51,567 nucleotides of DNA from Candidatus Aenigmatarchaeota archaeon (GCA_039091255.1 JAWCMQ010000001.1:117976-169542), one strand, 5' to 3'. Positions 36,738-46,207 are shown, counted from the stretch's first letter. Notes: generated by a model from the sequence alone, not told the origin. Program-made: numbers and translations.

Positions 36738-38414
36738 TCATCCGATTCTTCTCAGCACCACAAATTTGTGCTGCTCGCTGATGTGAGACTCATTAATCTC
36801 GCGGAAAAGCCAGAATCTCCAGTTCGCCAGGTTCTCAGCCATCCGTGCCTCGTGAGGATAATAATACCACACACGCCAGTTCTCAGTGCTGTAATTGTTT
36901 GCGATGTCCGCTGTCAAATTTTTTATGGCCTCGGGATCTGCAATGGCAAGCTGCTCATCAGTCAGCAAACTGCTTACGTTCGACTTGTAATGCCTCATAA
37001 AAATGTAGAATGGCTGCGTGCCGTAGTTTATGCTTTTGCCCTCGAGAAAAGCGATGCGTTCGCCCGATTCAAGACGAGAAACAACTTCCTGCATAAGCCC
37101 TCGGACATCCTGCGGTATCTGCACGTATTCCATAGGCTCACGCACGTCGTTAAAGCGCACGTAGTTGAGGCCGAACGTCGTATACAGATAGAACAGCATC
37201 AGCGGAATCAGCGCAACCGCTATGATTTTTCTCCCTGGGAAGTTTTTCTGAGCGAAAACGTCCGAAATGAACAGCGACGCAATAACAAGAAGCGGCAAAA
37301 GCATATGCATCGTGACCTGCGGCTGCTTCTCACCGACAAAAAGCGAGTAGATTGCCAGTGCCGCAGCAAACCAGTATATGAGAAATGCCGTTTCAAATGA
37401 ACGCTTTCGCCTTCTCAGGTAATAAGCGATACCCGCTATGCCGAAAGCGAGGACAGGTAGCTCGTAAAGCGCCATCCGGAAAAGATAGTAATGCGGCGGA
37501 CCTGCTATGCCGCGAGACGTCCACGTTGTAATCGCTTTCACGACCGGCTCGTATATCGGCGTCTGCAGCGCAAAGAACGAAGAAAACAGCGTTGCGTATA
37601 TCCAAATCGCGATGACGCCTGCAGCAAAGAGGCTGGCCACAGGCTTGGAAAAGTGCCTGTACGCCATGCGCGCAGATAGCATGAGCACAATAGAAAAGCA
37701 AAGCAGCTTGGCAGCAGGATGCAAATTCGACATGAGGGCGGCGTGAGAGAAAGTGAGTACAACCGCAAGCAGCATCGCACTCTTCAGCACAATGACTGGT
37801 GCGGAGAGATTGAGTTTTCTCGCTCGGATTTGCGGCAAGAAGTGCCAAATGAGCAGGAATGTCGCAAAGATGAATATCGTTATAAGCGTATTTTCCATGT
37901 CCGCGAACCCGAGAGAAAGTGCCGCAAATGCACCGAACAGCCACCTGTCCCGCTTTGTGCGGAAGTAAAGCATCAGAGATATGAATGCGAACAAGCTGAA
38001 AAAAACCGCATGGATGTCATTGCGATAGAAGCGCGAAAACCAAAGAAAAAAAGGCGACACTGCTAAAAAGAAAGCAGCAACGATGGCTGTGATCTCTCCC
38101 TTGTCGCTCCATATCATTCGGAGATATAGCGCCAACCCCACTAGCGCAATCCCAAAAATAGCCGGAACAAGCCTGAACGTGACTTCCGAAAACCCTCCAA
38201 GCGCGAGAAACGGTGCCGTGAAAAAGACCGGAAAAGGCCCGTGGTAAACTGGATCGTATTTATGCGCGCCTGTCTCGAGAAAACTCTGCACGTACCATAC
38301 GTGCAGCCCCTCATCCCAGTTGTAGAATCGCTCATCGAGGCTGTACAAGCGAAGCCCCGCGGCAAGGATAAGGATGGTAGCAAATGCGATGCAGAATTTG
38401 CTGCCTTTGTCCAT
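36738..38414 (-). CDS. GT-C fold glycosyltransferase, PMT_2/ArnT-like (TIGR03663/Agl23-like)
   Basis: 558 aa and about 12 TM helices. The first-loop acidic motif is YNWDEGLHVWYV...YDPVYHGPF, and there is a soluble C-terminal domain. Confidence 0.65.
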   Translation of the reverse strand: MDKGSKFCIAFATILILAAGLRLYSLDERFYNWDEGLHVWYVQSFLETGAHKYDPVYHGPFPVFFTAPFLALGGFSEVTFRLVPAIFGIALVGLALYLRMIWSDKGEITAIVAAFFLAVSPFFLWFSRFYRNDIHAVFFSLFAFISLMLYFRTKRDRWLFGAFAALSLGFADMENTLITIFIFATFLLIWHFLPQIRARKLNLSAPVIVLKSAMLLAVVLTFSHAALMSNLHPAAKLLCFSIVLMLSARMAYRHFSKPVASLFAAGVIAIWIYATLFSSFFALQTPIYEPVVKAITTWTSRGIAGPPHYYLFRMALYELPVLAFGIAGIAYYLRRRKRSFETAFLIYWFAAALAIYSLFVGEKQPQVTMHMLLPLLVIASLFISDVFAQKNFPGRKIIAVALIPLMLFYLYTTFGLNYVRFNDVREPMEYVQIPQDVRGLMQEVVSRLESGERIAFLEGKSINYGTQPFYIFMRHYKSNVSSLLTDEQLAIADPEAIKNLTADIANNYSTENWRVWYYYPHEARMAENLANWRFWLFREINESHISEQHKFVVLRRIG

Positions 38415-38500
38415 GCAGTAAATTTATATGGCGCCTCTAAATAAAGCCGGCCGCATCGTGGAGTTTTTTAACGCCGAAAACAATTGTTTAGAGATGCAAA

Positions 38501-40381
38501 ATGATAGGCCTGCTGCTAATTCTGCTTGCTTGCTACATCGGCGTGCTCGCTGCGCGTGGTCTGACCTGTCTGACGTTGCTCGAGCGCTCACTGATCGGCA
38601 TCATCGCGGGATTCCTGATTGCCGCATGGTCGCCGTTCCTCATTTACATCGCGGTGTGGGACCTGGGAATCGCTTGCTCGGCGGCGCTCGCCGCTCTTGC
38701 AGTCATCGCCGCCGTCGCGACGAGAAGATTCGGCATAAGGCGGAAAGACTTCGAGCAGGCATTCGGCCTTGTGCGCAAATCGCTGATGCGAAATCGCCTT
38801 CTACTCATGTTTTTTGTCACGCTCGCGATTTTCTTCACGCTGATTTTCTCCTCGCACATGGCTGAGCCGCGCCCGGACGGCATCTATACGGGCGCTAACG
38901 GCGCATATGGGGATATCCCGTTTCATATGACGCTGATAAACCACTTTCAATACGGCTCAGGCACGCTTGAATACCCGATTTATGCCGGCGCCCGCCTGAC
39001 GTATCCATTCATCTTCGATTTCTTCACCGCTGCGCTTTCGGGTCCAGGCATGCTGGGGCTTAGGGGAGCGATGATGGCATCCTCGTTGATGCTCGTGATG
39101 CTGCTTGTGCTATCCATCTACGCGCTGGCGCTCCGGTTCAGCCAAAGCAAGCGCGCAGCCATGCTTGCCGTGGCGCTAGTCCTCATCGGAGGAGGCTTTG
39201 GATTCGTTCACTACATTGGCGATGCGGCTCAAAGCGGCAATCTTGCTGTCACAAAAGATTACGGCCACTATACTGAGGTGGGAATACACTGGTCTAACGT
39301 AATCGTCCAGTATCTTATCCCCCAGCGAACGCTTCTGCTAGGATTTCCAGCAGGCATCGCGATTCTGCTGCTGCTCTTTGCGGGCTTCGACCAGAGGCGC
39401 GCAACGAACGGCGCAAAGCGCCATCTTGCACCTGCCGGATTTATCATGGGCGCTCTTCCGCTGGTTCACACGCACGTGTTCTTTGCAATCGGAATCGTCT
39501 CTGCGATGTGCGCAGCCGCATACGCCTCGCGCGCATGGCTTCGCTTCTTCCTGCCCGCGTTTTTGCTTGCTTTCCCGCAGGTCATGTGGATTCTTCCGCG
39601 CGCAGCTGGAGAGGGCTTTATGCGCATCCAGCTAGGATGGCTAAGCCGCGCTTCTGGCATGGCAGACTTCGCGCATTTCTGGCTCCTTAACGCAGGCATG
39701 CTATTGGTGCTCGGCTTGGCATGGTTTGTGGCAGAGCGTGAAAGCCATAAGCTTCAGAAGGCATTCATGCTTTCGTTCTGGCTTATCTTCATAATGTCCA
39801 ACATAGTCGCTTTCCAGCCGAACGATTATGACAACATGAAAATTATGCTTCTGTGGTGGCTTGGCATCAGCATAGCATCAGCCACGCTCATCGCTCGCAT
39901 GCTCGAAAAGGGGGCGCCATGGAAGATCCTTGCGGCATGCCTCGTCGCTTTCTCGGTGCTCACAGGTGCGCTTAGCGTTTATCACGAGTATTGCCAACAC
40001 CATCGCATCTTTTCCGCTGAAGACATCGAATTCGCGGAATGGCTGAAAGCGAACACGCCGCACGATGCCGTCTTCCTCACGTCTGACATGCACAACCATC
40101 CCGTGCCTGCGCTTGCAGGCCGCACAGTCGTTCTCGGATATGGCGGATGGATATGGAGCCATGGCCTCGCGCTGTCAAATCGGAGCGCGGACGTAAAGGA
40201 GATGCTGGCCGGCGGCGCTAGGGCGATGGAGCTGCTCGAAAACTACGGTGTCGACTATGTTGCAATCGGTTGGCACGAGCGGCGAAAAGGCGCGAACGAA
40301 ACCTACTTCGCGGAGAACTTCAACCTCGTCTACAACACAAGCACTTACATGGTATTCGATGTTTCGGGCGCGCCTAGCTAG
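38501..40381 (+). CDS. polytopic membrane protein, putative GT-C-type glycosyltransferase (family unknown)
   Basis: 626 aa with 13 or more TM helices. It has an early loop YGDIPFHMTLINHF...YPFIFDFF and a C-terminal soluble domain (...VVLGYGGWIWSHG...). The assignment rests on architecture and context only. Confidence 0.45.
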   Translation: MIGLLLILLACYIGVLAARGLTCLTLLERSLIGIIAGFLIAAWSPFLIYIAVWDLGIACSAALAALAVIAAVATRRFGIRRKDFEQAFGLVRKSLMRNRLLLMFFVTLAIFFTLIFSSHMAEPRPDGIYTGANGAYGDIPFHMTLINHFQYGSGTLEYPIYAGARLTYPFIFDFFTAALSGPGMLGLRGAMMASSLMLVMLLVLSIYALALRFSQSKRAAMLAVALVLIGGGFGFVHYIGDAAQSGNLAVTKDYGHYTEVGIHWSNVIVQYLIPQRTLLLGFPAGIAILLLLFAGFDQRRATNGAKRHLAPAGFIMGALPLVHTHVFFAIGIVSAMCAAAYASRAWLRFFLPAFLLAFPQVMWILPRAAGEGFMRIQLGWLSRASGMADFAHFWLLNAGMLLVLGLAWFVAERESHKLQKAFMLSFWLIFIMSNIVAFQPNDYDNMKIMLLWWLGISIASATLIARMLEKGAPWKILAACLVAFSVLTGALSVYHEYCQHHRIFSAEDIEFAEWLKANTPHDAVFLTSDMHNHPVPALAGRTVVLGYGGWIWSHGLALSNRSADVKEMLAGGARAMELLENYGVDYVAIGWHERRKGANETYFAENFNLVYNTSTYMVFDVSGAPS

Positions 40382-41304
40382 GCCTTCTTCGCCATGCAGA
40401 GCATCGCAATCCCGCCAAACACCGTGCCGTACCAGAAAGTCAGCGCTCGCGCAAGAAAAACACCCGAAACCGCAACGGCCGCTGATACGCCCAACTGGAT
40501 TAGCATCAGCGTCAGCACAGCTTCTGTCGAGCCAAGGCCTCCTGGCAGCGTGCTTGCATAGCCGATTATTACAGAAAGCGCGAAGATGGATACTGCGGCA
40601 AGAATCGGCAGCTCCACGCCCAGTGCAGCAAACGTAATCCAGAGAATTGCTCCATCGAGAACCCAGACCGCAAACGTGAAAATGAGCGAAAGCATGATGG
40701 AAACGCTTCGGATTTTGCTCGCATAGAACGTTTGCACAAAATCATCGCCTATTCGGTTTAGGAGCGGCAAGCGCTTCGTCGCCCCCAGGACGGCAAATCC
40801 TGCGCGCTTGCATCGCAGCACTGCCATCGCGATAGCAAGCAGGATGCAAAAAATAGAAACTCCTACGAGCCCGGCTACGCTTCCCACCGTCCCAAGCGAC
40901 ACCGCCCAGAACCCAGCGATCGCTAGAGCGACCATAACGGTGGCATCAAGCATCCGCTCCCAAATTATAGCCGGCAGGCTCGCAGAAGCAGGAATGCCCG
41001 TTCGCTGCTTGAGAAAAAGCGATTTCACGGGTTCGCCCATTTTTCCAGGCGTAAAGTTTCCGACCGTCATGCCAGCAAGCTGCGTCAGCGCGGCATCCGC
41101 AAAGCCGAGCCCTTTTATCAAGACCTTCCACTTCAGGACGCGCAGAAATGTCACAGCGCTCGATAGGCAAAGCGCCGCAGCGAGCAGAGCCGGATTTGAC
41201 TGCGCGACGATCGAAATCAGCAAATCAGGCTTCGCCCACATTGCGACAGCAGCGAGGATTCCCAAGCTCAACGTCAGCATGACGGCCTTGAATAGCCTGC
41301 GCAT
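40378..41304 (-). CDS. flippase-like / lysyl-PG-synthase-TM (UPF0104) family membrane protein
   Basis: About 8 TM helices. The FLRVLKWKVLIKGLG...GNFTPGKMGEPVK pattern resembles TIGR00374-type proteins, which are commonly paired with GT2 enzymes. ATG at 41304. Confidence 0.65.
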   Translation of the reverse strand: MRRLFKAVMLTLSLGILAAVAMWAKPDLLISIVAQSNPALLAAALCLSSAVTFLRVLKWKVLIKGLGFADAALTQLAGMTVGNFTPGKMGEPVKSLFLKQRTGIPASASLPAIIWERMLDATVMVALAIAGFWAVSLGTVGSVAGLVGVSIFCILLAIAMAVLRCKRAGFAVLGATKRLPLLNRIGDDFVQTFYASKIRSVSIMLSLIFTFAVWVLDGAILWITFAALGVELPILAAVSIFALSVIIGYASTLPGGLGSTEAVLTLMLIQLGVSAAVAVSGVFLARALTFWYGTVFGGIAMLCMAKKA

Positions 41305-41366
41305 CGCCAACACTGAGCTTCTCTGCCTTCAAGGGCTTTTAAGCATGCATCGATAGAAAAACTATT

Positions 41367-42623
41367 ATGCCGCTGCTTGCGAAAGCGCGCAAAATCCTTG
41401 AGCAGCCAGTCTGCGACAGTTGCCTGGGCCGCCAATTCGGTCAGCTCTTGTCAGGCTATACGAATACCGAGCGCGGGCAAGCAATTCGCATGATTGCTGC
41501 CATGTCCATAGACAAAGAAAAGCTCGCAAATGAAGACAAAGTTATCGACCTCTCGAATTTCTCGGGGATGAAGTTTCACAACCTCGAATACGAGAAAATA
41601 ATCCCTAAGGAAAGGAAGAAATGCTCGCTTTGTGATGGCATTTTCGATAAGCTGAACAGGCTGGCCCTGCGCGCCGTTGATGCCGTTCGCGGCATTGAGT
41701 TCCGCACATTCGTCGTAGGCACAAGACTTCCCGAGCCGCTTGTTGAAGCCGAAGAGGAGCTATGGGAACGTGTCGGCATCGAGTGGGCAGAGCCCCTTAA
41801 GGCCGAAATAAACCGCGAGCTCGGCAAGCGCATCGAGCGCGAATTCCGTAAGCGAAAAATAGCCCCCAAATTCGATCCCAAAAACCCCGAACTCGTCATG
41901 CTGGCCAACATTGCGACCGGCAAAATTACTGCAACTATAAATCCGCTCTTCATCTACGGAGAGTACCAGAAGCTCGTGCGCGGCATTCCGCAAACAAAAT
42001 GGCCTTCTGGCAAGTACAAAACGAGCGTCGAGCAAATAATCGCAAAGCCGTTCATGCGAGCGACTGGCGGCAGCGCTCATGCGCTTCACGGCGCAGGCCG
42101 CGAAGACATAGACGCCCGCTGCCTGGCATGGCGGCCGTTTATCCTTGAGATAGACAACCCGAAAAAGCGCATATTCGACCGCACGGCACTGGCGAAACTT
42201 GCGAAAAAAATCGGAAAGCAAGTCAAAGTCCGCAGAGTGCGCATATCGAATTCAAAAGAAGTGGAGCAGCTGAAAGCTGCGCGATACGAGAAGACATACC
42301 GTGCGATTGTGGAGTGCAAGCAGTGCATAGGCCGCAACGAGTTGAAAAAGCTTGGCGTGCTGGTAGGCGAAATCCGCCAGCGCACACCTCAGCGCGTGCT
42401 GCATCGACGTCCCGACCTCGTAAGAAAGCGTCGCGTGATATCGCTAAAGGCGAGGTGCATCAATCGGCACACGTTTGAGCTTGTCATCCGAGGCGAAGCG
42501 GGCCTTTACATCAAGGAACTGATAAGCGGAGACGCCGGCAGAACGCAGCCATCGGTTTCCGGCGTTCTGATAAAGGATTGTGTTTGCAAGCAATTAGACG
42601 TGATTGCGATACACAAGAAATAA
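41367..42623 (+). CDS. pus10: tRNA pseudouridine(54/55) synthase Pus10
   Basis: N-terminal zinc motif CDSCLGRQFG...CSLCDG, a THUMP-like middle region and a catalytic C-terminal domain (...LHGAGREDIDARCL...). Confidence 0.85.
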   Translation: MPLLAKARKILEQPVCDSCLGRQFGQLLSGYTNTERGQAIRMIAAMSIDKEKLANEDKVIDLSNFSGMKFHNLEYEKIIPKERKKCSLCDGIFDKLNRLALRAVDAVRGIEFRTFVVGTRLPEPLVEAEEELWERVGIEWAEPLKAEINRELGKRIEREFRKRKIAPKFDPKNPELVMLANIATGKITATINPLFIYGEYQKLVRGIPQTKWPSGKYKTSVEQIIAKPFMRATGGSAHALHGAGREDIDARCLAWRPFILEIDNPKKRIFDRTALAKLAKKIGKQVKVRRVRISNSKEVEQLKAARYEKTYRAIVECKQCIGRNELKKLGVLVGEIRQRTPQRVLHRRPDLVRKRRVISLKARCINRHTFELVIRGEAGLYIKELISGDAGRTQPSVSGVLIKDCVCKQLDVIAIHKK

Positions 42624-42662
42624 GCTTTAAAAAGTAACCGCCACTTTGTTAGGAAAGGATGG

Positions 42663-42719
42663 AAAGAAAGGTCATTTTCTTTGGGATTGATCCAGACCTT
42701 TCTTTTCGCAAAAGAAAGG
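42663..42719 (+). promoter_or_regulatory. rpl21e leader with three-arm alternative hairpins
   Basis: Arm A is AAAGAAAGGTC (42663-42673). Arm B is GACCTTTCTTTT (42695-42706). Arm C is AAAAGAAAGG (42710-42719). B pairs with A (11 bp) or with C (10 bp, loop CGC). Arm C ends 8 nt before the ATG at 42728. Confidence 0.4.
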
Positions 42720-42727
42720 GATGGATA

Positions 42728-43015
42728 ATGGTGCAGAAATCGAGGGGTCAACGCGCCCGCACGCGATATAAAATGCAGGCAAAGCGCCAGCCTGCGCCGA
42801 ACGACTTTCTCAAGCGCTTCGAGCCCGGCCAGGCTGTTCATGTTTGCCTCCAGCCCAACATAAGGGGGCAGGGATATTCATATACACCCTTCCATGGCCT
42901 AACAGGGAAGGTCATAGGAAAGCGCGGCTCAGCGTACGTCGTACAAATCCGAGATGGCCGTGCGCAAAAGAAACTGGTGCTTTCGCCCGTGCATTTGCGA
43001 CTGGCAAAGTCATGA
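42728..43015 (+). CDS. rpl21e: 50S ribosomal protein L21e
   Basis: MVQKSRGQRARTRYKM... and SH3-like GLTGKVIGKRGSAYVVQIRDG. ATG at 42728. An in-frame ATG at 42659 would add 23 non-conserved residues. Confidence 0.85.
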   Translation: MVQKSRGQRARTRYKMQAKRQPAPNDFLKRFEPGQAVHVCLQPNIRGQGYSYTPFHGLTGKVIGKRGSAYVVQIRDGRAQKKLVLSPVHLRLAKS

Positions 43016-43052
43016 GGGGTAAGCAGTTAAATTGCCGAGGGGAAATGAAAAC

Positions 43053-43385
43053 ATGGAAGTCCTAGCAGAAGAAGATGTGTCGGCGCAGGATGCGCGACGC
43101 ATACTTGCGGAGCGCAAGAAGCAGGGCACCGAAATGCTGTACGAGCAAAAAATATGCATCGAATTCTTGGAGAAGCTCCCGAAGCTCACGGACAAGCAGC
43201 TCGAAGACATGAAGGCCGAGCTCTCCAAGATCGCTATCCTGAAGCCTCGCTACATTTCGCTCATCCTTAACATAATGCCCGACACCGAAGATGAGGTCGA
43301 AGCGCTATTCGCAAAGGAGCGCACAAACCTCAAGAAGGAAGAAATCAAGCAAATCGTTGACATCGTCAAGCAGTTCAAGGTATGA
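43053..43385 (+). CDS. rpoF: DNA-directed RNA polymerase subunit F (Rpo4)
   Basis: 110 aa, acidic and helical (EAxxIL...YEQK...FL...LKPRYISLILNIMP pattern). It occupies the canonical position after rpl21e. Confidence 0.7.
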   Translation: MEVLAEEDVSAQDARRILAERKKQGTEMLYEQKICIEFLEKLPKLTDKQLEDMKAELSKIAILKPRYISLILNIMPDTEDEVEALFAKERTNLKKEEIKQIVDIVKQFKV

Positions 43386-43437
43386 AAGAGCCCTTTCGCC
43401 GGCAAAATCTCATCCGTGAAACCCTCGCGCCAGGATG

Positions 43438-43773
43438 CTATGCCTGTGCCACCTTTCGTTCTTCCTGCCTATTTTCATCACACTCACCAGCGCGCTGCAT
43501 AGCCGCTGCGCCGGCCGCCTTAGCGCTGCCTTCGGCAGCCGGAGCACGCCTAACGCAATCGATTTCGCTGTCCATGCGATAAAGCTCAGCGCACTTTGGG
43601 CAGATGAAGACCTTGTCCGCGATGGGTGGAAAGTCGCAGATGAACATATGAGGCTCCGTTCTCGGGAAATGCTTGCCTATGTAGCCTACGCACTCGACTT
43701 CGTAGAGCTTTTCTGCAGCTACATTCCACAGTGCTTCTGCGCTGCGCTGGTCGTCAGTCTGCGAATCAGGCAT
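43438..43773 (-). CDS. hypothetical protein (111 aa)
   Basis: ATG at 43773, 8 nt after the DUF655 stop. Contains FICPKC. No family recognised. Confidence 0.4.
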   Translation of the reverse strand: MPDSQTDDQRSAEALWNVAAEKLYEVECVGYIGKHFPRTEPHMFICDFPPIADKVFICPKCAELYRMDSEIDCVRRAPAAEGSAKAAGAAAMQRAGECDENRQEERKVAQA

Positions 43774-43781
43774 GATGCCAC

Positions 43782-44339
43782 TTAGCTTCCAGACTCGGAT
43801 GGCCTCTTGGGCGGCGTGAAGATATAGTACTTTTCGTTGCCCTCGAGCTCCAGTAGTATGCGCTGAACAACTGCCTTCACCGGATCGGGAAAGAGACGAA
43901 CGCGCTCGCGGATGTCAGCAAAGCTCTCGAACGGCTTTTTCCTGCGCGCATCGAGAAAGTCCTGAACATGCTTCTTTCCGATGCCTGGCAGCAACTCAAG
44001 CTTGTGCATGCGCGGTGTGATGACTCCCGATGTATTGAAAAAGTAAACGAACCGCTTTTCCTCTTCCTTCACGAGCCTCTCGACCACGGCAGGTAGCAGC
44101 GACCGCGAGAAATTTGTCAAGCGGCTGTATGGCATTACGCCCTTGACGGTCTTCACCTTGTCGCGGGGTCCTTCGCCAACGTATACTTCTTCTTCAGGCT
44201 TAAGCGTAACGCCTTCTTTTGGCACAAGCTCCAGAAGCGTGAAATTGCGACCGATAGCTTGGGCTATTGGTTCAGCATGTCGCCTTTCCGGATACCCGGT
44301 CGGCAAGAAATCCAAGATTATGCATTTTTCTTCGCGCAT
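43782..44339 (-). CDS. DUF655-family RNA-binding protein (OB + helix-hairpin-helix)
   Basis: CIILDFLPTGYP..., FTLLELVPK, RFVYFFNTSGVITPRMHKLELLPGIGKKH and DPVKAVVQRILLEL are collinear with DUF655. ATG at 44339. Confidence 0.7.
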   Translation of the reverse strand: MREEKCIILDFLPTGYPERRHAEPIAQAIGRNFTLLELVPKEGVTLKPEEEVYVGEGPRDKVKTVKGVMPYSRLTNFSRSLLPAVVERLVKEEEKRFVYFFNTSGVITPRMHKLELLPGIGKKHVQDFLDARRKKPFESFADIRERVRLFPDPVKAVVQRILLELEGNEKYYIFTPPKRPSESGS

Positions 44340-44416
44340 CGCAACCACGCCCAATAGCCATGAAATTCTTTCCTCTGGAAAGCTTAAAAGCTCGAATCCG
44401 AACGCCTTCTCGTGAG

Positions 44417-45556
44417 CTATCGAGCTATTAGAGCAGGCCCGATGATGTTGAATACTAAGATCGCGGTCATCACAAGAGAAAGCCATGTGGTGACAAGCCG
44501 CGCCCTCCGCTTCCTAAGAAACTTGCTCACCATCTCCTCAAAGATGAGCCCGCCGTCTAGCGGCTTGATGGGCAGCAAGTTGAAAAGTCCGATGCCGAAG
44601 CTTATTGCATACAGCCATCCGAAAAGCTCTTTCATGAAATCGGCGGCCAAGCCGAAGCCGCTCGCCTCAACGCCAGGCTTGAGCGCGTAGCTGGCTACAT
44701 ACGGCCCTTTGACGCCAAGATACGATTGATTGAGTTCAGGGTGCTTCACCGTTGTGACCGTATAATTCCCAGCCGTTGTATGGATTGCTATCGAGCCTCC
44801 AATGGGCGTATCTCGAAGGGCGGCCACAAGGTCTTTCTCCGAGTTTATCGGAATGCCATCTATAGACAAAAGCACGCCTGAGATATTGGCGACATAAGCC
44901 GGGCTTCCAGGAACGACGCTAGCTGGGATTATGCCCCTCTGGTCGTAAAGCCCTTCAAGCAGCGCAATCATGGCCAGCAAGCATAGGGCGGCGACAACAA
45001 AATTGGCGAACGAGCCCGCAGCGTATACGCGCAGCTTGGCTATGCGGCTTGCGCGCTCGAGCTGCCGCTTGTCCGGCTCGACGAATGCTCCTGGCAGGAA
45101 AATCAGCAGCATCCAGCCCAGCGACTTTATTTTGATGCCGGCTACTCGGCATGCGATGCCATGGAAAAGCTCGTGCGGCACTATGACAGCGGCAATGCCG
45201 ATGACCCAGAAATACCACGGCACAAGAAGGACGATGGGGCGGTCCTCAAACTCGCTCCACGGCAGCGCCAGTTTCACTTCGCCTGCAGGCGCGCCTGCAG
45301 CGACCTGCAGCGCGTTGCCAAGCAGGAAATGTGCGATGAGCACCATTGCGGGCACAGCGGTTATGACACCCAGAGTCGCAAGCACGTTCCAGGCGCGCGG
45401 CGCCCGAGCGGCTGTGCGATAAAGCCAACTCTTTCCGCGCTGCGTCCTGCGCATGAGCACGATGCCCGCCACTTTGACGTTCCGGCGGTCGCGCCACACC
45501 AGCGCAGCGATGGCAGCTACGAAAGCAAAGAATGCTATCACATCAATGGTCGGCAT
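44417..45556 (-). CDS. site-2 protease family (M50) zinc metalloprotease with PDZ domain
   Basis: HELFHG zinc motif in a TM helix, a PDZ-like middle region and NLLPIKPLDGG. Confidence 0.8.
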   Translation of the reverse strand: MPTIDVIAFFAFVAAIAALVWRDRRNVKVAGIVLMRRTQRGKSWLYRTAARAPRAWNVLATLGVITAVPAMVLIAHFLLGNALQVAAGAPAGEVKLALPWSEFEDRPIVLLVPWYFWVIGIAAVIVPHELFHGIACRVAGIKIKSLGWMLLIFLPGAFVEPDKRQLERASRIAKLRVYAAGSFANFVVAALCLLAMIALLEGLYDQRGIIPASVVPGSPAYVANISGVLLSIDGIPINSEKDLVAALRDTPIGGSIAIHTTAGNYTVTTVKHPELNQSYLGVKGPYVASYALKPGVEASGFGLAADFMKELFGWLYAISFGIGLFNLLPIKPLDGGLIFEEMVSKFLRKRRARLVTTWLSLVMTAILVFNIIGPALIAR

Positions 45557-45604
45557 AAATTCACTAGCAAACTAATGTCGGAAGCTCCTATTAAAGAAAA
45601 CGTG

Positions 45605-46159
45605 CTATGCTGCGGCTTGCCTCCGGTTTGCGAGTATGCTGGAGAGCCCGATTTTCTGCTTTATGAACTCTAGCTGTCCGCTCATCGGAAGGACGAAGTG
45701 AGGCACGTGGAATTCGCGGAGTACCTTGTCCATCAGCTCATCGATCGCTCGCTGAAAGCCCTCATCTGTGTCGCGGACACCGTCTTTCACCATATAGCCT
45801 GGTATTATTGGCGTCTTGAAAAGAAAGTCGTATGTGGACAGGTGCTCTCTGACGATCGGCCACATCTTTTCCTTGGCATCAGGCAAGACATAGCACGTGT
45901 ATACGAATGGATCGAGCACGCTACGGTCGCAAACCACGAACTCGTAGTCCTTTTCTGCTTCTATCTCCTCCTTTATCTGCGTCGCGAGCATCCACAGCTG
46001 GCTCTTGAATGTGGCGCTTCGGTTTATTGGCAGCGGGCAGCGCCGAGCGGTTTCGGTGCACATCGTAGCGTTCAGACCGTGCTTCTTCAGTTCAGCCGTC
46101 AGCTCGTACACAAGCGTGGTCTTGCCGGTTCCATGCGTGCCTATCAGCGCAATCTTCAT
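45605..46159 (-). CDS. P-loop ATPase (AAA_28/NadR-kinase-like)
   Basis: MKIALIGTHGTGKTTL Walker A and VVCDRS Walker B-like motif. ATG at 46159. Confidence 0.65.
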   Translation of the reverse strand: MKIALIGTHGTGKTTLVYELTAELKKHGLNATMCTETARRCPLPINRSATFKSQLWMLATQIKEEIEAEKDYEFVVCDRSVLDPFVYTCYVLPDAKEKMWPIVREHLSTYDFLFKTPIIPGYMVKDGVRDTDEGFQRAIDELMDKVLREFHVPHFVLPMSGQLEFIKQKIGLSSILANRRQAAA

Positions 46160-46207
46160 GGCACCACCAAATACGATTTTAATATAGGAAATAAAGAATA
46201 ATAGTTT

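Noticed and set aside
42659-42727. In-frame ATG at 42659, which would extend L21e by 23 residues.
   Set aside because: The extension (MERKVIFFGIDPDLSFRKRKGWI) is not L21e-like and coincides with the leader hairpin arms. MVQKSRGQR matches the conserved N-terminus. It remains a formal alternative.
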